Assembly (NCBI GenBank): GCA_965644265.1
Contig: OZ286460.1
Location: 49,104,001 to 49,168,000 of the forward strand
Origin: Glycera tridactyla
Taxonomy: Eukaryota
Direction: 5' to 3'
Length of the DNA stretch: 64,000 nt
The notes under the pieces are model-generated. The model was not told the DNA's origin. It saw only the letters and a program-made list of their open reading frames with translations, and did no database searches. Positions 20,105 through 30,677 of the stretch are shown here, one piece after another. The first letter of the stretch is position 1; the number at the start of each line of letters is the position of its first letter. Made by a program: the position numbers and the translations under genes.

Positions 20105-21052
20105 TCAACCTAAATGAACATAGTCGGCCATGCTCGACATGTGGCCGAGCAGGCGTAGGATGGCTCTGGCTGGTTGCTGAGGCCTGCGAAGAAAAACTCT
20201 TACGCATAGATCCAACTTCTCCACTCTCTTTTTGGATGGACGAACCAGTCCCTTGAAAGTGTTGAACTCGATCCCGAGATAAATAAACTGTTGACTGGGG
20301 ATCAAGTCCGACTTTTTCAGATTTATAATCCACCCGAGACTGGCTGTCAATTCCTGAACATAATTGAGTTGATGTTGAAGGACTGTCGGATTCTGATGCC
20401 TCAGCAACCAGTCGTCCAAGTAGAAATGTATCTTTATTCCTCTCTGATGAAGATGGTGCGCCACTTCCCTCAGCACCATGGTGAAAACCCTGGGTGCTGA
20501 GGAAAGGCCGAAGGGGAGGGCTCGGAATTGATACGCTTCCTCCTTCGACACAGCAAATCGCAGATATCTTTGAAAATCCTGATGGATCGGCACATGGAAA
20601 TAAGCATCCTTTAGATCTATTGAGACCGACCAGTCTAGTAGTGTTACAGACTTCTCTACAGACATGGCAGTCTCCATTTCGAACTCTGGATTGTATAAAA
20701 TCTTGTTGAGGGGTTTTAAATTCATCACTGGCCGAAAGCCCCCCGTTGCCGTGGAGACCAGGAAAAGATTGCAATAGAAGCCCGGTCCGTCCTGAGACTG
20801 TACTGGGACCACTGCTTGCTTCCGAATCATTTCCCTGATCTCCCAGAGCAGAGCCTCTCTCTTCTCCTGTCCTTTTGGAAGAGAAAACAGAAGAAACTGA
20901 TCAGAGAGAGGCGGCTGCTCCTTGAAAGACAACGTGAGGCCTTCTTTGATAATCCCCAGCACAAATCTGTTGGATGTCAAATCCCGCCACTGTTTCAAAA
21001 AACCCGTTAAACGGGCTCCCACTACCTGCGAATCTGAGGGAGTGACGCTCAT
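20105..21052 (-). CDS. DIRS reverse transcriptase
   Basis: FRPVMNLKPLN, SIDLKDAYFHVPI, YQFRALPFGLSSAPRVFT, FYLDDWLL, YLGI. Confidence 0.93.
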   Translation of the reverse strand: MSVTPSDSQVVGARLTGFLKQWRDLTSNRFVLGIIKEGLTLSFKEQPPLSDQFLLFSLPKGQEKREALLWEIREMIRKQAVVPVQSQDGPGFYCNLFLVSTATGGFRPVMNLKPLNKILYNPEFEMETAMSVEKSVTLLDWSVSIDLKDAYFHVPIHQDFQRYLRFAVSKEEAYQFRALPFGLSSAPRVFTMVLREVAHHLHQRGIKIHFYLDDWLLRHQNPTVLQHQLNYVQELTASLGWIINLKKSDLIPSQQFIYLGIEFNTFKGLVRPSKKRVEKLDLCVRVFLRRPQQPARAILRLLGHMSSMADYVHLG

Positions 21053-21353
21053 CCCCCTAGGGCTGGCGTTGTTTGCCCCGGCCTCTACCTCTGTTGACCT
21101 CCTTCACCTCCTGTTTGGACTTTGAGGTGTCTTGTTTTTGCTGGCCTCCTGACTCAAAATTGTCCGTCCTCTTCTGACCCCGACCAGCACCTCTACCCCT
21201 CCCCCTGCCTCTTGATCTTTGCCCCCTGCCCCTGTTAGAGGAATCACCACGAGACTTATATTGTGGGTTGGGTTTTTCATGGTTATAAGCTGTATATTGC
21301 TTATCATGTCCAAAATCATGAGCTAGTTCTCTGGAAACACATCCTGCTTCTGC

Positions 21354-22832
21354 CTATACTTTAGAAGCTTCTAAGAGTTTCCCGCCAAAAAGCTCCTCTT
21401 GACCTAGGGGTAGTGCCCTGAGTTGAGCTTTTGTCTGCTCATCAAAATCCAGAAAACATAAGGCTTGAGATCTTCTGGCCAATTCCATATTTCCAGCTAC
21501 TTTGAGCACTAATTGTGCTGTATGCTGGATGGCCTTCAAACCAACTCTAGTTGCATCTCTAGATTTTTTGCGCATATCTTTGATCTCGGCTTCAGGAAGT
21601 TCAGAAGTGCTCAAGCCTGTAGCTAATGCAAAATCTATATAGCTCAAGGTCTTCAACGCTTCTCTTAAAGTGAACTCATCGTTAGATGGTTTTGTTTCAG
21701 ATTTTGGAGCCTTACTGTATTTACAATAATCAGAATCAATCTCGGGAGGCTCCACTAAATATCGGTGAGACCTTTCTCCTGTTTCCCTGATTCTATATGA
21801 ACGGGAGTTACAACCATATGTTCTTGGAATTGATACTCGAAAATACTTAGCCGATTTCTCAACCATACCACCCCTTCCAAGTTTGAACTCTTCAAATGGT
21901 GTAGAAATAGGAAGGAACTTCTGACGTTTGTCTCTCCCCCGGAGTGATTCATCTAACAGCTCCTGACTTGCTATAAGTAGAGATGATAAGGGGAGAGCAA
22001 CCTCTGCTAAATTCTCGGCCTCTCTAACACCTCTATCATCCTCATCAGAACGGTCCAATGCTGTTTTCTGAGCTACTCTGGGATCTGCTTCCTCAAAACA
22101 ATCAGGTTGTAGTATATAAGAAGGCAACATTTCTGCTGCAAACTTCCTGAATGATCGAAGACGTCTGATAACAGCCGGCTTTCAGTGTCTCAGTCCGAGT
22201 CATCCACTGGCTCTGCTCTTCTATCCTCTTCATACTTCCTGTCTAATCTAGTCTCTAGAGTTTCAATGCGTTGCTTCATTGACTGAAACAAAGTTTCTGA
22301 CCTAATCTCGTCTGGATCCCTAGGTTCTAATGCACTAGAGACTTGGTTGACCTCTCCCATAACAGCTGACTGTCCTGGTGCTGACGCTGTACATGGGATA
22401 TTCCTTGTTCTCTTTGGATTTGACGCAACAACATTATCTGGTTTTCTTTTTGTAGCACCACCAATTGGACATGTATCTAATTTGTTTCTCACATCCTCAA
22501 TCAACTGATCTAGGCCACTCAAATGACTCTCCATTTCTTTTCTCTTTCTAGAAAGATCAGCTAATTTGTCATCAATGTTGTTAGTTGTTGATACAGAGCC
22601 AAAGAGATCAATATTTCCGTCTGAATGTACATCCTCCTGATGTACTTGTACAGGAACCTTGAAAGAAGGAACAGTAATTGCTGGGCCAGTTTTAACAATC
22701 ATGATGTTGCTCTCATCTTTTGAATCCAAGTTGTGTAGTACACTACCACCATCTGACACCCTGTCTGGTAATTGTCTGATATGTTGTCCACCAGACTTCT
22801 TAGACGATTTTCGAGAACAACCTGAATAAGTC
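21354..22832 (-). pseudogene. DIRS gag/ORF1, C-terminal part (broken into ORFs 22190-22834 and 21354-22130)
   Basis: Lies immediately upstream of RT; helical C-terminus GNMELARRSQAL...LRALPLGQEELFGGKL; joins in frame to 27896-28395 once the LINE is removed. Confidence 0.75.
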
Positions 22833-23831
22833 ACCTACTACTCTACACCCACGGGAAAACAACTTCTCATTTACACATGACGAACGAGACATAGCTACAA
22901 AACTTCCCAGAGTCACTTTGAATTTCCCTTTCTTCTGCTGGACTGTATACCGGTCCTTCCAACATATTTGTAACATTTGTATAAGTGGGAAATACCCACA
23001 CCTTTTAACTATGGTGACTTAAATTGAACCAACACGGCCAGGCAGGAGATGCCTGAGTCTTTTTGATAACCTTTTCTGACAAACCTCTACATTGACTATC
23101 GCCACCTGGCATTACAGTATATTGACTTCTATTTTATTTACAAGGAGTGAACACTATCTCCGATTGAGGAACGATTTAACTTAAAATTTCACATATATCC
23201 GCCTATCTATTTATATGTATTTATTTCCATTGAGGTTCATCACAGTGACTGTTTCAGCGGACATACAACATGGCAGGCTCTTGTGATGAATATAGACTAT
23301 AGCCCTCTCAGACCGGAGAGTGCTAAATGCTTTGATTACTCGGTGGTGGTATATCTAGTTCTCATTTGTTGTATATAGATGCGGAGGGAGTGAAAGATGA
23401 CTATAAGGTGATATGAATCAGGATGAATGTCCCCTCCTTTTGATGTTGATCTCCTTTTGATATTACTGCCACGCTACTAGCACAACTATAAATAATAATA
23501 AGTCATGAGCCAACTTTCTCTCAATCAGATTAACGATAATCTACACTGCTTACAACATAAAATAAATTTTGTTTTGATAGATATAATAGCAACTATTATT
23601 AGTGATATTGAATACTACCTACACGATGGTCCCGGTTCACAATGTTGGTGGATTTCGAAATTCCCTGAGAGCACCGCACATAAAATCAAAATTTTTCTGC
23701 AGGCCATCTCAATTATTGCCACGAGCAGTATCCCAATACAATCAGACTAGGATTGTAGTGATGCAATCTTGTACTACTCACTATCTCTGTTATTTAGTGC
23801 TATTAATACAAGGACTGATATCAACAATTAG

Positions 23832-24932
23832 ATGTTGTTATCCGACTGTCCATTCCCTCTTCAATACCCTGTAAGTGACCTTGAATATTGTTCACAGGCC
23901 TTAAAAAGGCAATCAAAAATAGGAATAGGCCACTTAAATATTCGCAGCATTATTCGAAAACTGGACGAGATTGAAATTCTCCTCTCACGAAGTGGCTTAG
24001 ACCTCTTAGTGTTAACTGAATCCTTTCTAAATTCATCTATTTGCGATTCGGAGCTGCAAATTAACGGGTACTCCCTTCTATGCTCGGATAGGACCCAGGC
24101 ATCGGGTAAGTCAGGTGGAGGGGGCTTACTTGCCTATGCTAGCCATAAACATTGTTATCAGCAGGTAGAAAATAGTCAGATATGCAATAGTAGCATAGAA
24201 TTATTTTGGATAAGACTCGATCTGCCGCAAACACGCACAACGTTTATCTGTTGTATCTATAGGCCACCCGATGGCAATTTAGATCAAGCTCTAGACGCAC
24301 TCACGGACAGCTATGATACAGTTGTAGGCGCACAACGTGCTGATGTACTCATGATTGGTGATCTTAATATAAACACATTAGTGAAATACTCTAACACCAG
24401 AAAGTATAAGCTTTTTGCAGATAAATATCAGCTGTCTCATCTGATCAACACGCCAACTAGAGTCCAAAGTTATAGCTCCAGTTGCATAGACCATATTCTA
24501 TGTAATAATACCAACCAGTTCTCTTATAGCGGCTGTCTCGATCCAGGTCTTAGTGACCACTGCATGGTTTTCACATTTAGACAGCGCCAAAAGATGAACG
24601 TCGGCAAAGAGAAAATCAGTTTTCGTTCATACAGAACTTTCAACGAAGCATCTTCTCACTCTGATATTAAAATTATGTCCTTCGATATCCAATCTTATAC
24701 AGACGTAGATACCGCAAGCTATAATTTTCAAACAGAAATAATTAAAATCCTCAATATTCATCTACCAGTAAATTGCTCCACTCGCTGTATCCAAAATGCC
24801 CCATGGGCAAACAACACCTTCCTTGCTGCAGTTGATGCCAGGGAGTATTGGTCAAATCGACACCGCAAGTCTGGCCGCGATGAACATGAGTTGAAACGGA
24901 GGCAAGCAACTAGAAGATGCAACTTCCTATGA
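23832..24932 (+). pseudogene. LINE copy 2 APE endonuclease segment
   Basis: HLNIRS, LTESFL, IYRPP, GDLNIN, SCIDHI, LSDH; ends at a premature stop. Confidence 0.9.
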
Positions 24933-25031
24933 AATAAACTCCGCAGGGAATATATAGCTCGGAAAGTTGAAAAGTATGCTTAGAACCCAAAGAAGCTGTG
25001 GGAGTCCATTCGTGAATTCTGGCCAAGCTCT

Positions 25032-26031
25032 AACAAGAGCGCCCAGGGGCACCGAGAGATCTCCGAAAAAGAGAGAGAGAGCACGAGAGAGAGAGAGAGG
25101 ACGATGACTACGACGACGGCGGTGGCGACGACGACGACAACGACGACGACACCAGAAAGGGCAACAGTAACCACCACCACCTTCATACCCACCACCACCA
25201 NNNNNNNNNNNNNNNNNNNNNNNNNNNNNNNNNNNNNNNNNNNNNNNNNNNNNNNNNNNNNNNNNNNNNNNNNNNNNNNNNNNNNNNNNNNNNNNNNNNN
25301 NNNNNNNNNNNNNNNNNNNNNNNNNNNNNNNNNNNNNNNAGCTGAAACGTTCGCAAAAAGTTCGTCATATCGCTGTCGAGTGCTGATCTCTGATTGGCTG
25401 GTTTTACACATGCCATTTACAACTTCATTCATGAATCGGCGCAGTGATCTATGAAACCCGGTAATGAGGTGCAAACAAGGAGCACTACTTTATCCACCAA
25501 AACAGAGATTTATGCATTGAGGTAGGACAGATGGATGTCGAGGAATCCATTCATATGATCGTTCCAACTGTGAGTTCCAGAGAGAGACAGACAGAGAGAG
25601 AGACAGAGAGATCTACGATTTGACGAAAGTAGTCCCGGCCCTGAACCTAATAACATTCGGCAATTCATGAATGAAGTTGTGGATAGTGTGTGTAAAACCA
25701 GCCAATCAGAAATCAGGAGTTGACAGGCATTTACTACTGGTGCGTAGCTATACATCTCTGAGCGATCGTATCAGTGTGCTTCGGTGATCGGCAACAGAAA
25801 CGAGTGATGAGAGAATTTTGTATTACGTAATCGCTACATTTTCTGAAATTGTCGTTCATCAGATCAATAAATCATCTTAAAATTGTATCAGAATAGATCA
25901 TTCGATCCTTTCACACAGATCCGATCAAGATTCGTTTGATTATATTGGCCTCGGGAGTCAGAATCGGCGAAGTTAGAAAGCATTTCGAGCAGGGAGGTGG
26001 CGGCATAATGATCTCCAACGGAGATCACAAA
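25032..26031 (+). mobile_element. Non-autonomous Helentron-like (HINE-type) element inserted at an AA site in LINE ORF2
   Basis: Starts AACAAGAGCG, contains (GA)n/(ACG)n/(GACA)n tracts and a gap, and ends GATCTCC-AAC-GGAGATC hairpin + ACAAAA. Removing it restores FWPSSKSYDNTDITLDG. Related copies are at 44499-46007. Confidence 0.6.
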
Positions 26032-27709
26032 AAATCATATGATAACACTGACATAACATTAGACGGGTGCAGCGACAACAATAGCGTAGCACAAACCTTT
26101 AATGAGTATTTCTTAGGTATCGGTGCCCGCCTCGCAGAAAAATTTGAGTCGTCAATAGCAAATTTTGAAGATACTCCTTGTTATCCCCCTATATTTGAGT
26201 TAAATGGAATCAATGCCATTGATTATGATAAGATTGTTGCCAAATTGAGCAGCTCAGGGGCGTCAGCCGAGGACGAAATTACCAGCAGAATTGTTAGACA
26301 TGGGGGGACATTTTTGGAGTCCTACCTGATCGATCTGATAAACCTGAGCATTCGTACACGTACCTTTCCTTCTTCATGGAAGGAAGCAGTTATTACGCCA
26401 TTACACAAAGGCGGAAAGAAGGGTGACGCACATAACTATCGACCAATATCAGTCTTGCCCACGTTTGGAAGGCTGTTAGAGAGGGCAGTACATATGCAAT
26501 GTAGTGACTAAGGCCAGTCGGGCTTCAGGAAGAGCCACTCCACCACAACATGCTTGATTGATTTTACAGATCAGGTTTATCAAGCAATGGATAACGGTGA
26601 ATTGTGTGGGGTGGTCTTCCTGGACCTGACTGAGGCCTTCGATACAGTCAACCATGATTTACTTCTAGATAAGCTGAGCACACTAGGTTTTCGTTACTCG
26701 TCAGTATCTTGGTTCAGGTCATATTTATCAAACCGAACTCAATCCACCAAATGTAATGGTACAATCTCTGACTATGGTCCCATCACATGCGGTGTGCCCC
26801 AAGGATCGATCCTTGGGCCCCTTCTTTTTGTGGCATACATAAATGACCTGCCCAAGGTAGTAAACCTGGGACAGGTCTGCAGATGACACAGCGTTATTAA
26901 CCAGAGCACCCACCGAGGCCCTTCTTCGTGAAAATCTCGAGGAGGACATGCTTGCAATTGAAAGCTGGTTAGCTAAGAACCGCCTCACACTCAATAGGGG
27001 TAAATCCAAATCAAGGTTGTTTGGGACAAAAAACAAGTTGGCCTCGGTCTTGAACAATCCAGTATTAGCAAATTTTGATAGGGTCAGTGAGTTCTGTTAC
27101 CTAGGAGTACATTTGGACTCTTCGTTGTGTTATAAATATCATGTTGAACAGATAAGTGGCAAGATCAAATCAAGGGTCGGTATCCTTCGAAGAGTACGTC
27201 CATTGATTACCAAGGAACTAGCTTTGTATTTATTGAAGAGCCTTATACTTCCTATTTTTAATTATAGTGATGCAGTTCTTGTGGGAATCAACCAGGGATT
27301 ATCAAAACAACTAGATGTCCTTTTCAACACTGCCCTACGCATATGCTTGTGTGAGCCACCACGAACCCCGACTGCAGAACTCCTGTCGGAAGCAGGATTT
27401 TTCAATCTAGAGACAGCACGCTCATTCCATCTACTTTGTGAATTTTTCAAAGTAAGTTCCGGAAACTGCCCGACGCGGTTACATAGAAAGTATGATGAGC
27501 TGTTTTGCACAGAGGTGACACATAGGACCAGAGGTGTGTCAGATGGTATTTTAAGATTACCTAGAACGAGATTGAAAACCTGTGAGAATAATTTTTTCAT
27601 TAAGGGAGCACAGTTGTGGAATGCCCTGCCATCTGATATCAGGCAATCAGAGTCACTAGCAACTTTCAAACATCGTATGTTCAAGCGCCTCTGCCCGCCT
27701 AGAAATTAG
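26032..27709 (+). pseudogene. LINE copy 2 reverse transcriptase, broken by a stop and a frameshift
   Basis: NYRPISVLP, FLDLTEAFDTVNH, GVPQGSILGPLLF; the YADD motif is disrupted at ~26870-26885; YLGV; C-terminal GAQLWNALP. Confidence 0.9.
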
Positions 27710-27895
27710 AACGTGTTCGAATTACAGACGTTGATTATTACATTATCTGCATTTTTGTTTACATACATGTATGTACTTTATCTTGTATTGGTCATGGTGA
27801 TTTGTAATGATTGGTTTGTGCTCCATTGGGGGAGTAATAGTCTCAGGACCTCCCCAGGGGAGCTTAATAAAAGATTCAAATTCAAATTCAAAGTC

Positions 27896-28860
27896 GAACC
27901 AGACCTGGTACACCTCACTGGCACTATATGGGGTTGCTCATTACCAGTCTGACTCCCCATGTCCTCACCAGTTTGAGCTACCCCTTGCCGATCTATAGAC
28001 GTAACCGTATCTGCTGGATCAACCGAACCATCTACTGACAACTGAGACTGCCCTACCTTGTCCTGTTGGTTAACAGAACGTGGGCCTAGCCCAATCAGAT
28101 CATGACGGTCCTTATGTGACACCACCGGAATAGGGATTCCACTTTTTCTTCTACCTGAAAATTTAGACGTAACCGACCCCTTTTCTGAATCAACTATCTT
28201 TTGTCCCAAGGGCCAGATGAAATCATCTTTGAATTCTACAACTGGTGGTGATACAATCTCTGATTCATCATCCTCAGACATACCTTCCAAAGATGAAGGT
28301 CTTATGCCTGATTCTGGATCTACACGATGAGCCTGACTTGAGATCTGATTATTTGACTCCTCCATGAGTATAACCCTAGACTGAACCTGGGGCATACTAG
28401 AATCTAATCTAGTCTCCTCTGCTCTCTTTTACGCCATCTCCCTTCTCCTCCTAATGGACTGTAACAAGTTAGGTCTGAGTTCTAATTCCTCTGCCATGCT
28501 GCTTAATCCTGATGAGGAAGGAGCATTACCTACAGAGTGAGTATTGCTGAAAATTACTGTGGGAGCATGTTTGGTAATTGGTTCAGTTCTAGCGCTAAGA
28601 GGTTTCTCAAGTCTGTCACTTTTGAATCCTCAAAAAGGGGTAACCTAAATGGACAAAGTTTTCTTGTCAGCACTCTTCTTTCTCCTGTAGTGTGCCTCCC
28701 ATTTTGAGGCGGGCCAAACTGAACATACACTACAGACCTTCTGGCCATCTCTGGCAACATTCTCTGATTTGCCACATAATCTACAAGCATGGCAAGATTG
28801 GTGGTCATCCCACACCTCCATACAGTGACCACATCTGCCTCGCTTTAGGCCAGAATCCAT
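27896..28860 (-). pseudogene. DIRS gag/ORF1 N-terminal part with Cys/His zinc-finger
   Basis: MDSGLKRGRCGHCMEVWDDHQSCHACRLC...VCSVCSVW at 28860-28645, followed by an acidic/Ser-rich segment at 28395-27896. Confidence 0.75.
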
Positions 28861-29259
28861 GGTTCAACCGTGTGATAAGGGTATGAGGGTGATGAACTAA
28901 GCGCACACAAGATACGGGGCATATGCACAAGGGCTGCACCTGAATCCACTGATCATGAGTTGGGCACAAGTAATCTTCAATAACACAACAACAATATTTT
29001 TTCTGATTTTTATTTTTTTTTCAACTACCACACTGATATGAAATTCACAGACACACAAGGTATCATTTCAACATATACACAATATCATGAGCCAGCAATG
29101 ATATGAAAATCACAGACAACTACTTGTCATTTCAGCAAGGCACTGACTCATGAATACAAATTGCCCAGGCCTGGTAATAACTGTTATGGGGAGTGGACAT
29201 CTATCTCGAAGCATGCGTGCGCTTACATGTTGGAGTGTCTCACTATAGCTCCGGTTCCA

Positions 29260-29640
29260 AAATATCTCTAATGGATTGCATGGCCGTAAACAAACTATCA
29301 TTGCGCAATACGTGCAAGATTCGAACCGTCGACGGCAGGTACGGACAGCGGAAGGAGGCAGCACCTTAGCCTGCACGGCCACCGTGAATATAAGGCTAAG
29401 TGTCGATTCAAATATCTCTAATGGATTGCATGGCCCTAAACAAACTATCATCGCGCAATACGTGCAAAATTCGAACCGCTGACGGCAGGTACAGACAGCG
29501 GAAGGAGGCAGCGCTTTAGCCCGCACGGCCACCGTGACTAACGCTGAGTGTCGATTCAAATATCTCTGATGGATTGCATGGTCGAAACAAACCGTTCCAA
29601 TACCCAACCATCTGCGCGCAATACACTGCGAGATTCGAAC
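29260..29640. repeat. ~150-bp tandem repeat, ~2.5 copies, in the DIRS 5' leader
   Basis: aaatatctct recurs at 29260, 29410 and 29558. Confidence 0.88.
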
Positions 29641-29708
29641 TTACTTATCTCTAATGCATAGCAACGAGTAAACGAACAAGCCGAGCAGAAAAATTATGGA
29701 AAGGAGTG

Positions 29709-29792
29709 GAACGAGTACGGGAATCGAACCCCCGACTATATCATCAAGTAGGGGCCGGGCGCAGCGCTTTAGACTGCTCGGCAATCAAAGCC
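29709..29792 (-). ncRNA. tRNA-Leu-derived sequence (Pol III A/B boxes); not a canonical tRNA gene
   Basis: GATTGCCGAGCAGTCTAAAGCGCTGCG resembles the tRNA-Leu D-arm GATGGCCGAGCGGTCTAAGGCGCTGCG; B box GGGTTCGATTCCC; the acceptor stem does not pair cleanly. Confidence 0.6.
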
Positions 29793-30243
29793 GCGCTGAA
29801 TCTAATCTGAATCAACACTCACGATCCGCTCGCAATACGTATTGCGCCTCGCACAATGCGATTCCTGATTTTTCCACACCATCCACTCCAATCTGCATAT
29901 ATCTCTTATCCCCACAATGATATGAAAGTCACAGGCAAATTAATGCCATTTCAGCATCAGTATCAATACAACAATACTGCCACAATACACAAGCCCCGAT
30001 CTCGGTGTGCAACGCACGCTCGCGTGTACGCTACCCCTTACTCCCACGTAACGGTCAAACCTAATCACAGGCAAATTTCGCAAACTATCCTTATAGCACA
30101 ATCTATCCAAGCGTTATAGCTATATCCTTTGATTGCTAATAACAATCCTGTATACGATCGGGTTTCGCGGATAGCCGTAGGCCTCGTAAAATGACGAATT
30201 TCACGGAGCCCGGGTATTCTCCAACCTTCTCAGCGGACGCGAA

Positions 30244-30429
30244 GTTGAAAAATACACAGAAACACAGCGGTTGTCAAGGAACAACGACAACAGTCCCGCC
30301 TGACACCTAGCGGAACTATAGGCGTCTGGGAGGGCCCCTAAATGGAATTTTCATTGTTATAATGTTCGCACGTAGGCCTATCGGCCTGGGGAATGCTAAA
30401 TTTGAGGGAGAAATGGTACAGATAGATCC
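30244..30429 (-). repeat. DIRS 5' inverted terminal repeat
   Basis: Reverse complement of the 3' ITR; its outer end matches the second half of the ICR. Confidence 0.92.
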
Positions 30430-30677
30430 TTGTATTATTGGCACAGTCCTCTTGATCGGTTTGTCAGTTAGCCATATGTCACACGTCAACGCTATCATTG
30501 CTACACTGAGCTGCCCGGGTAATCATCATGAAATAGATCAATGGCTCCCCTAGTCTATAATTGAGGGTTGGGGGTTGATTGGTTGATTGCTTGATTTATG
30601 TCCAACGTCCTTCCAAAACCTAGTGGGTCATTCCGAACTGATTATTGCGAACCGAGACCATGAAATTAAATGATTGA

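Larger units (their letters stand above)
22833..27890 (+). mobile_element. CR1-group LINE (copy 2), 5'-truncated and decayed, inserted antisense in DIRS gag
   Basis: AAGTC on both flanks (22828-22832, 27891-27895); EN segment 23832-24932; RT segments 26035-27709; AATAAA plus (ATTCAA)n tail at 27866-27890. Confidence 0.9.
17536..30429 (-). mobile_element. DIRS-type tyrosine-recombinase retrotransposon, structurally complete, with nested insertions
   Basis: Inverted terminal repeats, an ICR next to the 3' ITR, and gag, RT, RNase H, MT-like and YR regions on the minus strand. Confidence 0.93.

Noticed and set aside
24980-25474. ORFs spanning N gaps (also 44693-45597 and 50602-51424)
   Set aside because: They are open only because of N runs and microsatellites.
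29709-29792. Functional tRNA-Leu gene
   Set aside because: The D-arm and B box match, but the anticodon/variable region is diverged and the acceptor stem does not pair; kept only as tRNA-derived.
30430-30677. Defined 5' end and target-site duplication for LINE copy 3
   Set aside because: The sequence after the tail (ctcgaataac) was not found upstream of ORF1, so the boundary remains unresolved.
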